The notes beneath the pieces were generated by a model that saw only the letters and a program-made list of their open reading frames with translations, was not told the origin of the DNA and searched no databases. DNA of 43,954 nucleotides, the filler included, from Jimgerdemannia flammicorona (lineage: Eukaryota), in assembly GCA_003990765.1 (NCBI GenBank). It is 2 parts of 2 records of this genome, joined end to end, with 100 filler letters (N's around TTAATTAATTAA, not from the genome) between each part and the next. Parts side by side here need not be neighbours in the genome. Positions count along the whole stretch, not along the records: positions 22,030 to 43,954 come from RBNJ01001365.1; 1 more part is not named here. One strand, given 5' to 3'. The first letter of the stretch is position 1, and every line of letters starts with the position of its first letter. Positions 34,291 to 43,954 of the stretch are shown one piece after another. A program made the position numbers and the translations under genes.

Positions 34291-36211
34291 ATTAATGATG
34301 CTCTATCGGTAGGCTTTCCATGAGACTCATTAGGTGACCTTGATGGTTGTCTTGGAGTAGAGTGGTGTGAAAGCCTGGTTGAGTGGGCTTGGTTTGTTGG
34401 CTTCCTACAGTGACCTGGTTACTACCAATAGAGTTGGCTACTTCTGATTCTATCCAGTCTGCATCTTCAGTTGAGAGGCAGGCAAGACTTCCAGCAGTCA
34501 CTCCTTGTAAGTATGCTATAGCCCAGGGAATATAGTAGAAGATTTAGTGGACATGGAGGGCTCTCTTGATTAGCCGGCTGGTGGTTAACATTTCGGCAAT
34601 GAGGTCTTCCTGGTTACCTTCTTGGGTTTCATTATGAAGGTGGTGTCCAATTTCGTAATCATGCCAGAGGGTCATTCGTTCAGTGGTATCTTTGAGCTAT
34701 TGGGTCATTATGTACTGGTAATTGATGAAGTGTCCAAGATCCTCAGTGTAGAAGTTCAGGTGTTCAGAGGTGTCTGGGCACTAAATAGCCTTCTTGATAG
34801 CTTCAAGGATTAGAGTCTTTGGGCCAGGTAAGGGGAAAGAGCAGTGGGAGATCTGGTTGGGGCGGTGGATAGGAGGCATTGTGTGGTGGGTACTTGTTCT
34901 TTGGTGCTGATTCCTGAGGCGGAGTATGGTTCTTTAAATAACATGGTCTTCCTTTTGACTCAGATTATCATTGCTCCTTTTGGGGTAATCACCTAATGGG
35001 TCAGGCTATCTATTTGATTGTTATGCCATTATGTCATCTGATCTTGGCAGTCACTGGTACTCTATTGTCAATTGCATATGTCACACTATATAATACAGAG
35101 ATCATTATGCAGAAATTGGATAATTTTAAAAACAAGATTATTATACAGAAATTATATAAGGCAACTACTATATAGAGATAATTATACAGAAATTTCATAT
35201 ATAAGGAAGTAATTTATACTATATAAATCAAAAAAATCACTTGAACTATATGAAATTATCTGTATTATATAGAAAATCCCTAATTTGAAAATCTGTTAAA
35301 ACTATTTATATTTTACAAAACAGAACTTATATCTATTTTTGAATGAAAAACAATTGAATATTTTATTGCTTTTTGAGAAATATCTAAGAGATCAAGTCAA
35401 TATATATAGTAACTTTAATTTTATAATTTATCTTCATTGAGTCAGTATGTTATAATATATAATTATATATAAGTAGATTTTTAAAATAAGTTTTATTTTA
35501 TTTTTTTATTTATTTTATAATTAAATTTGTTAATATTTTTAAATAATTATTATACTAAGTATTAATTATATATTATAATATTAAACTCTTTATAAACTCT
35601 AATTTATTTATATTTTATATCAATAATATTTTAAACTTAAGAATTATTTATTTATTTTATTATTTAATATATTATATTTTAATATACTGATTTTTTATAT
35701 AGTTCCAAAATTTTAAAATTTCTCCATTTATCTATTAAGAAAATAATATTTTTCATTTTAATAAAACCAATTTTTTTTTTTTTTAAGTTTATAGGTAGAT
35801 ATAGTATAAGTAATTATTTTTATGTCAATAGCTCTACAATATTTCTACTGATACTGTTGTTTACCTACAATGGAGATGGCTTCACATAGAATGATTCTAT
35901 CACTCTATGATTTATCGGACCCAACCTTGCGCATTATTTGAACTATCTATTAAACTTTGAGCCTAATCGAGACGATCTGTTGCGATATTGAAAAGGTCGC
36001 CCTAATTGAAGAGCCAACCTATTAAAGACCCCAACCATAAGAGAAATAATCGAGTACTTTGAGCCCATCACAAATATTATTATCAATAGAATTTTGAATA
36101 GCAAACGATGATTTTTGTTACAAGAAGATTGAAGCAAACTTATTTAAATGCACAAAAGAGCCAAGGGAACTTAAGTTGATAGTATCGAATCTTGCCGAGG
36201 AATATGTACTC

Positions 36212-37908
36212 CTATTCGTTGCAGCGGCGACGTTGTTTCTGGCTCTCAGATTGGCCTTCCTCAGACTCCGTGACCCCCACGGATTTCACATGTTTGATTG
36301 CTGCCAAAAGAACTCGTATGATATGACGAAGGATTAATTTCGATCCCTCCATTTCTCCATCAAAATCTCCGGTACTGTAATCCTTGGAAATCTCAATGAG
36401 TGGCTCCTCCAACGAACCAGTCCAGCGAAGAAAACGCCAATTTTTAGCGGTAGTGACAATTCCATGCATGACGAAGGAGACACCGGTCTGATTGAGCCTG
36501 CGTTTTTTGGTTAGTTTCTGAGAGGAAATACGAGTTATGAGTAGGCCATCCATAGACGAATAATGGACGAATTAAATATGTTCCACGTTTCCGCACCTCA
36601 AGTGCACTATGCATCTGAACAATATTTTGGGCTGCTCCCTGTTCGAAATCTCTGTGCTTAGCTTCATTAACGATGACCACGGGTTGTAGATACTTGACGA
36701 GGTAGTCAACGAGGCCAAAGCCGCGAGTGCCGCTGAGGATTTCTTCGACTAGCAGCTGCAAATCGTCGATCGTGAAATTCTGGTCAGTTTCCTTCATATG
36801 ACACTGGATTATAAAAATAGCGGTTGTCATGAAGATAGAGATGAATTCGCGGGCTGTGGCCCCGTTCGGGATATCTCCGCAGAAGACTTGATTCTTCTGC
36901 TTGAGCTGGTCGACGAATGTTTTGAACTCTTCCTCTGAAGGTTGGAATGGCGGTTCGGAAAGACTGCCTGAAGATTCAGATCAATGTAGGTTATTAATCG
37001 TGATAACGAATAACAAGAAACCCAGGCATAGTTAAATATCATGGTGGTACCAATGTTGAATTTAGGCGCATTCGCGACATTATTCCACACTTCCTTCGCG
37101 AAAATCATGGACACTTCTTTTAGCGTATATTCCCCATAAGCCTTCTTTCCTGTCAAATAAGAAGTCAAGGTAAGTAAGTATTCATGCCGCTAAATCTGCA
37201 TCCAATTCAGGATCTTAAACTGACCTTTTATCCTAATCCCTAAGCTAATCTCGCGTTTTCCGTCATTCACAGGAGCCTCTGAAACTATCGAATTCAACAT
37301 AAACGCATCCTCGATGTCGATTCCGTCCTTTCCGTCACCCAAATGCAGGACAAAGTAAAATTCCGGGTCACCGTCTTGTAACACCTCGAAATATTTGTAA
37401 ACCTTTTGCCGAAGATAATACCACATGCCAGTGTTGTGTTTGAGCATGGTCGAACCCTTGGAATTCGAGAGATTGTAACGGACAAGCACTACAGAGAAGC
37501 AGGTCAGAGGCGTAAAAGGTATTGAATACTAACTCTAGAAGGGAACTGGAGAAATCCTAACGAAATAGAGAAATCCTAACGAAATCGAGATATCCGAACG
37601 AAATGGAGAAATTCTAACTAACCACGGTCTCCAGAGAACGGATATCGGAGGAAGAGAGGCGAGATGTCGGTTGTCGTCAGGTCAGTAACGAGAATGCCAC
37701 CGGGAAGGGACTCGCTGTGGTTATCATCGTGGAAGAACTCAATGTCTAAGGCGTCGAGATTGAGGGTTTTGAAGCGCCCTCTTTCACTCAAGATGGCAGC
37801 AAGAGCATCCACGTCGGGTGGGGTTTGCTTGTATTGAACGGGAAACTTGAAAGATTTTGGCTTCATTTCGAAACAGAGCCATAACGTCAAATTCTGCGTA
37901 ACTGACAT
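36212..37908 (-). CDS. Crinkler-type protein with N-terminal header domain and PD-(D/E)xK restriction-endonuclease-like domain; 5 exons, 441 aa
   Basis: Exons 37908-37623, 37488-37225, 37149-37051, 36967-36597 and 36517-36212 are all GT-AG and in phase (1326 nt, no stop seen). Motifs ATAREFIS, VEEILSGTRGFGLVDY, VNEAK, QGAAQNIVQ, HGIVTTAKNWRFL. CpG intact. Confidence 0.85.
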
Positions 37909-38998
37909 ATTGAGGATGTTAGTCTTAAGAAAAATGGATAGGAGCGGGTTTTTGTTAGGTCGAAAATACCAGTCTTAATTTTCAACCGATGACATCTTCG
38001 AGACCGCCCAAGCCCCTAGACCAATGTTCACTTTGTCTGGCTTTGTGGCCGAGCTCCTATATATCATCTAACCATAAGGCTAATACTTTTCATTTATTAT
38101 TTTTAGCCTCTGGCATTATGTTTAAAGATTTATAATACATTATTTAATAAGCTATCATTATTAAAGTTAATAAATTGAATGTTATATATTATTTATTTAT
38201 AATTTGTCTCTTAGTTGGTATATATATAATATATAGTTAATAGTTACAAAGGTAGAAAATATCTAAGGTAATATGGAAGAAAGTATAGGAGACAGAATAA
38301 CTAATAATATAGTTACTCTATAGCTAATAAACTTTTATTAATAACAACTTACTTATTAATTAGTAATTTAATACTTTTAAGCTAAATAACTTTCACTTTC
38401 TAAATTAACTTAAAATTTCTAAATAGGATATATAAGATTTTAAGTATTTTAGAAATATACTATAGTAAGAATTCTAAGTATAGAACAACTAATAGTATAA
38501 AGGTCTAAAAATATACTATTATTATATAGATAAAATTAAATAAGTTCTGAATAATTAACTTGATATAATCTATAAAGAAATAAGTTAAAATCAAAATATC
38601 TTCTATACTTGAATCTATAATATAATAATTTAGACAAAATATATAAATATTTTGAGATTTAACAGTTAAAGTAATTTTACATAATAATAATTTATTTAGA
38701 ATATGTCTTTATTATTTAGTCTCTATTTATAGTATAGTAATAAAGAGAAGAAGTAATTTATTTAAAATGCTTAAGTAATATATTATATACATTACTGATA
38801 AATAATATACATAAAACTGATAGAATAGTGTAAGCTTAAATATTGATATATATATTAAGTTACTATCTTAATACTTCTACTTAATAAGATATATAATCTA
38901 AAAAATTACATTTATAAAATTTGACATATAGGGAATTTTTACAGATCAAAAAGTGATTTGAAATTCTATAATACATATCTATAAAAAATAATATATAT

Positions 38999-41121
38999 TG
39001 TAACATGCCTGGCTCAATGGAGGCAAATTATAAGGTTGGGGATTGGTGTAGTTTGGCTTGAGCCCACAGTTACTTTATTAAAAGTAATAAAATGTTCTTG
39101 GTATTTGGTGGTATAATAGTTAAAGCTGGATATATCTGCAAGTGATTTATGTGTTGATTTCCTAATTGGGATAGTTCTCTAGATGTAGTGATGATTTGAG
39201 TGTGGTGCAGTCTGACAATTTAGCAGATCCCTTATGCAATTTTGGCATGATGATCTCTATATAGCACAATGATCTCTATATAGTATAATGTTCTCCAAAA
39301 GTATGTGATTTCTGGGTAATGATCTTGATTTCAAAAGTATATGATTTCTGCATAACATCTTGCAAATAGTTTTCCTTATATAATTTGGTGGACAACTCAA
39401 TTTGATGCAGATTCTCTGGAATTGGGCTTACTGAGAATAGAGGATGGCATGGGTTCTTCCTGAGATGGCTTACTGGGAATTGTACTAGCAGCAGGTTCTT
39501 CTTACTGGGAACAGATGAATAACTCAAATGATGCAGATAATTAGCAAGTTACATCAAAGACTGGCTTTGTTTGTATAAACAGATCACTGCAAAGTTACAT
39601 CAAGAGACTGGCTTGTGACAAGGTTCCTTAAGACTCTCTAGGAAAGCAGCAAATAACTCAAAGGGCAGTGAAGTTCTTTCTCAAACTTAGCAGATTTCTC
39701 AGATTCTTCAGACTTATCTGGCAAGTAAATTAAAATATAGTGGCTTATTCTATAAGTAGCAGATTTTTCTTCAAAAGACACTGAACTTCTTCCTTGAACT
39801 TGACAGCAAACTCAGATTCTTCAGACTTAGTCTAGCAAGTATACCAATCAATATTTATATTCGAAAGTAAACTGGAGTAGAAAGGGGACTAATGCTCAAT
39901 CTTTAGAGGCTTCTTTGGTATTTGTATTTCAGACTGAGGTTTATTCACTCTTATCTCTGGGGTATTTTATATAGTTATGGTTGCTACTGGTTACTATATT
40001 ACTAACTATAGATTGCTAACTATGGCAAGTATTTCTTAAGAGTATAGTATATCTGGAGGATATAGGTTAACATACTGTTTCTAGTATCTCTGGCTAAATA
40101 TATAAGTTGGTACAGCAAAGCAGTCTTGGTTGCTTAGTGTACTAGATATAGTATATGGCTAATTTATGAATTTGGTGATATAATTCTGTTGCTCATCACA
40201 TCAGCCCCCACTAAAAAATAGTCTGTCCTCAGATAATCCTTTAGTTATCATTCCAATGTACATAAGCATCTTTGGCATCAATACCTAAACTGATATCTTC
40301 ATTTGGATCAGAGTCACTCTATTTGATAGATTCTTCTTCTTCCTCTGAAAATAGGATCTCAATATAGTTGATAATACTCCAGTAGATAGTAGGGTTCATG
40401 TTTTGAATATTATTCAGAAGAAATTGTACCTGTGTCAATACTGGGACATTTCATTTGTAGATTGTATATAATCTGTCTGCAGTAGTGGCATTTTTCTGAG
40501 TGAGGCCAGTTGAGTTTCTGATATAGATCAGGTCTGCTACTGGGAGGTTCTGCAACTGTTCTCCAATTGCATAGTAGGCCTGCAGCTAGTGGACTTGCAG
40601 TAAATATCTGGCCAAGGTGAGGTTCTCTTGATGGGTCTGAATTTGCTGAAGGGAGTTTCCATTGGCTTGTTGGAATTGTGGAAGGGAAACTAGGAGTGAT
40701 TGGAATAAACTCAGAACAAGGGTCTGGAGGTACTGGTCAATTGTCTGATTCATGATAGATATCTTGAGGCAGTTGATGTGTACTAGTATCCTGAGGGTCT
40801 ATCCATTTATGCTTCTTAAATAGATGCTGGTTTCTCTGATATTATATACAAGATAAGATCCTTTCTATTTTGACTCCAATTTGGTGGCAAAATTCATCTC
40901 AATCATGCTTCTCCAAACTAGTACTCAATCTCCAATCTTGATCTTCTGATCTTTCTGCTTCTGGTCATAGTATTTCTTTTGTCTTTCTTGAGCTTTGATA
41001 ATCTGAACTTGGGCCTGATTACATAACTCTTCTGCCTTCTTGAGGAGGTTTTCAAGATTCTTATGGTCAGCAGTTCTGGTTTTCTTAGTAAACATCATTT
41101 TGAATGGCTTTTGTTTAGTAG
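38999..41121 (-). mobile_element. 3' part of a Ty3/Gypsy element: integrase C-terminus, accessory ORF, PPT and 1.2-kb 3' LTR (40200-38999)
   Basis: LTR TGTAACA...CATCACA; PPT-like TTTTTTAGTGGGGGCTGA abutting 40200; QERQKKYYD, KIGD*VL, KLESK*KGSY, VHINCLK. Confidence 0.85.
40240..40753 (-). pseudogene. Accessory ORF between integrase and PPT
   Basis: ATG at 40753: MNQTIDQYLQTLV...LQVH*LQAYYAIGEQLQN...ATTADRLYTIYK*NVPVLTQVQFLLNNIQNMNPT, followed by an acidic EEEEES tract. Confidence 0.5.
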
Positions 41122-42040
41122 TTAATACTACTTATATCACCAATATCCACTCAATGGTAAGTTACTCATTACTAATACAATCTACTAACTATTCTCTCAA
41201 GATGTTCCATCTCTCTCTCTTCTTATCATCTTACTGCTCTACCCCTATATAATTCTCAACCACTATTCAGAAGTCTCTAAGTATCTTATACTCTCTCAAT
41301 TAATATTCAGATATCTGGATAGTTCTCTCTATCTATCCAATATTATAACAATTCTCATATTCAAAAACTTCATCTTCTGCTAAGTATTACAATCTTAATT
41401 TCAGTATAATATATATTTCTCCTCAAGTAATACTACCATATCACTCAGAACTTTAAAAAAAGTCACTGCTACATCTTAGCACTATAGGATCAGACTCTAT
41501 TCTAGTCTCACATCTCTCTAATATCTTCAACTATTAGTCCACTAATTGAAAATTCTATTCTATCTTCTATTGACACTCAATACCAGTGCTAATATTAAAG
41601 TCTTATACTAGAAAACTACTCAATAGAAGCTTATTCTATCTTTATATCTCAGATCTCTATTGTACCTTTCTCTTATCACCTTATTAGTATAGTCCAATAT
41701 AGTAAGTCCCCTCTACCACCTCTTACCAGAAATCTTTATACTATAAGTACTTACTATCTCTCAGTCTAACTATAGTCAATAGATCCCTACAAGATTCTCT
41801 AGAGAAGAACTGAATCTCTCAGATCTTCTATATCAGAGATACTTACTTACTATCTCATAACTTAATAGCTTACTTCATTCACCAGATCCAAAGAAAATAC
41901 AACTTCTTTGGAAAGCCTACTAGAGCCAAATCTCTCTTATTTACTAGAGTTACCAAGATCTTCCAATAATCTCACAGTCCAAATTCAGTCTTTAGCTATC
42001 TTTAATAATCTCTTTATCACCTAAACTGAGAAGTCTCAGT
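41122..42040 (-). mobile_element. Highly mutated relic of the L1/Tx1 ORF2 3' region
   Basis: Patchy colinearity with 24800-25700 (for example ~41341 versus ~25011), with most C and G converted. Confidence 0.55.
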
Positions 42041-43284
42041 AATATACCAAATATTATAACTTTGGCAATCATTAGATATTGAAAATCAATATCTATCTGT
42101 CAAGAGAAATATAATATCTCTCTCAACTCTGAGTAATAACTATAAATTGACTCTGAATGAGCTAAAAAAATTATTATAACTTTGTAGAGTAGAAACTAGA
42201 GAAGAGAGAGCAGAGTATTGTTTATTATTCCAGATATCACATATTTATATATCAAGTGACATAACTTAAAGATGATATAGTTATATATATAAATAAGCTA
42301 TATTATTGAGATGTCAAATAATAGAAATTTCAATATATCACTTAATGAGATAATATATAATATAATATAAGAATGTAGTATAACCAAGTAATAATTATAA
42401 AATAACTGTAAATATACTAAAATAATACTATCTACCTATGTTTAAAATATAGGAAACTATAGTAAAAATGAAGAATATAAATAATTCTGATGGTAGAAAA
42501 TTTTAATATAGAAGAAGAAGAAAGAAAGAATAGAATAGTACAATATGTATAATACTAGAAGAGAGATATATATTATATTATTTTTCTGCTTCTTTTTCAT
42601 TATAAAATATTCAGTGATTATTCATTATTATTTATTAATAATATATAGTTTGCTATAAAACTCATTTCTTTGGTATATTACTAAAATTTATATCTCAGAA
42701 GGGCTTTAATGAGTAAATCTGCAATTATATACTCAATAGAGATATATTATAAATATATAGTCACATTCTCCATATATATACTCTCTTATATAATAGTATT
42801 ATATGTTAATATACTTTGTTCTAAAGTAATATATGGGATTCTTTGCTATAGCAATTATAGATTAGTTATCCTGATAGATAAGTATAGAGTTATATTTCTA
42901 ATCAAAGCCTATATCCTTTTGTAATTAGTATAGCCAAATGGCTTTCTTTATTATAGTAGAAAGAACTTGATATTTAGTCAGAATAGAAAAAGTTACTATA
43001 GAAGACTACTTATATATTTACTATAAATAACTTTTTTATTATTTAACTAAAAGAAGTACCTAGTCACAGATCAGTAATCATCTAAGTCTCTAGTCTAATC
43101 AGCATTATACATACCAGGTAGTTGTATACTATTCTTATCATTATTGTTGTTATGAGTACTCCTACTCAATCTACCAAGAGTAAGTATATAGTATACTATT
43201 TCTTTAATAAATCTGAAAATTCTCTTAACAGTATTTTAAAAAAATTAAGTAATCCTCTAAGTATCTATCATAACTTCTATAAGT

Positions 43285-43777
43285 AAGGAGAGTGAGACAG
43301 CAGTAGAACAGAGTATTAGATATAGAATATATACTAGTATATATATAGTACTTAATAGATTATAGGCTCTCTGAAGAAGAGATAGGAAGATTTGTAAAGT
43401 GAGGAGAAAGAGAGTATAGATACTGAGGATATAGAGCTCTCTCTGTTATATTGGTAACCCCTATAGGTAGAGGGCCTTGGTAATTTAATTCTATTAGTTA
43501 AGAAGACAGTTCTGCAGATTCTAGCTACTACAAAATTAGATATAGTTTTAGGTGAAGATGGTTTGCTCTGAGACTTCTGGAAGAAGATAGTAAAGATCTC
43601 TGAGATATTGGGAGAGAGAAAGTACTTTGTGATTATGTTTTTAGATCTAGAGAGTAGGTGGAGAAACAGAATCTTGGTCTAGTGGTACTGCTGTTCAAGA
43701 ATAAGGGTAGAAGAGAATTGGAAAAATTGGAGGCTGATTATACTTCTAGATATAGACAGGAAGCTAGTTACAAAAGA
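43285..43777 (+). mobile_element. L1/Tx1 ORF2 fragment (start of RT)
   Basis: ILATTKLDIVLGEDGLL*DFWKKIV; LVVLLFKNKG; NWRLIILLDIDRKLVTK. Confidence 0.85.
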
Positions 43778-43914
43778 ATTTTTTTTTTTTTATAGTTACT
43801 TAGACTTCATCATTTATTACCTATTTAGTCTATCAAGATATAATTACAGTATATCAACCCACTACCCAATCACTCAAGAGAGACCCTCTCCCACACCTTT
43901 ACAATTGAAGGCCA

Positions 43915-43916
<2 letters not shown>
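43778..43916 (-). mobile_element. Poly(A) tail and 3' end of another L1/Tx1 copy
   Basis: Poly(T) then ATAGTTACTTAGACT..., homologous to 24450-24600. Confidence 0.75.

Positions 43917-43954
<38 letters not shown>

Larger units (their letters stand above)
31118..35085 (-). mobile_element. Internally deleted Ty3/Gypsy element: partial 5' LTR (35085-~34310), integrase, PPT, 2.1-kb 3' LTR (33227-31118)
   Basis: Direct repeat ~32459-33227 versus ~34316-35085; ends T(G>A)TGAC...GTCACA; PPT-like TTTTGCAAGGGGCAGA next to TGTAATG; integrase motifs in between. Confidence 0.88.

Noticed and set aside
31113..35090. Target site duplication for the deleted Gypsy element
   Set aside because: Flanks TATAT and CTATA do not match convincingly in AT-rich DNA.
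37549..37617. 20-bp tandem repeats GAAATCCTAACGAAAT
   Set aside because: Small intronic minisatellite in the Crinkler gene with no sign of function.

Overview
Eukaryotic, most likely fungal, repeat-rich DNA made of nested, mostly decayed transposons. The mix of L1/Tx1, Plavaka, Penelope-like and intron-rich Crinkler genes suggests an early-diverging fungus such as Mucoromycota (inference only). An artificial N44-TTAATTAATTAA-N44 linker at 21930-22029 means the two halves may not be adjacent in the genome. Contents: at least seven pieces of one L1/Tx1-type LINE family, one near full length with poly(A) and a 16-bp TSD; three Ty3/Gypsy elements, one with a dUTPase between protease and RT and two with an apparently homologous accessory ORF that lies inside the LTR in one of them; an endonuclease-less Penelope-like element with a type I hammerhead ribozyme; a Plavaka relic; an old hAT relic; and one apparently intact 5-exon Crinkler-type gene with a PD-(D/E)xK nuclease domain. 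The main finding is a 6.3-kb TIR-bounded hAT transposon (10124-16459). Besides its transposase it carries a convergent spliced cargo gene whose reconstructed C-terminus looks like an Fe(II)/2OG dioxygenase of TET/JBP type (HQDMLD...GG...VILF...HHGT). It sits in a genome whose repeats show heavy C-to-T decay, so it is a candidate transposon-encoded DNA-modification or anti-silencing system. All domain calls come from reading motifs by eye; no searches were run.
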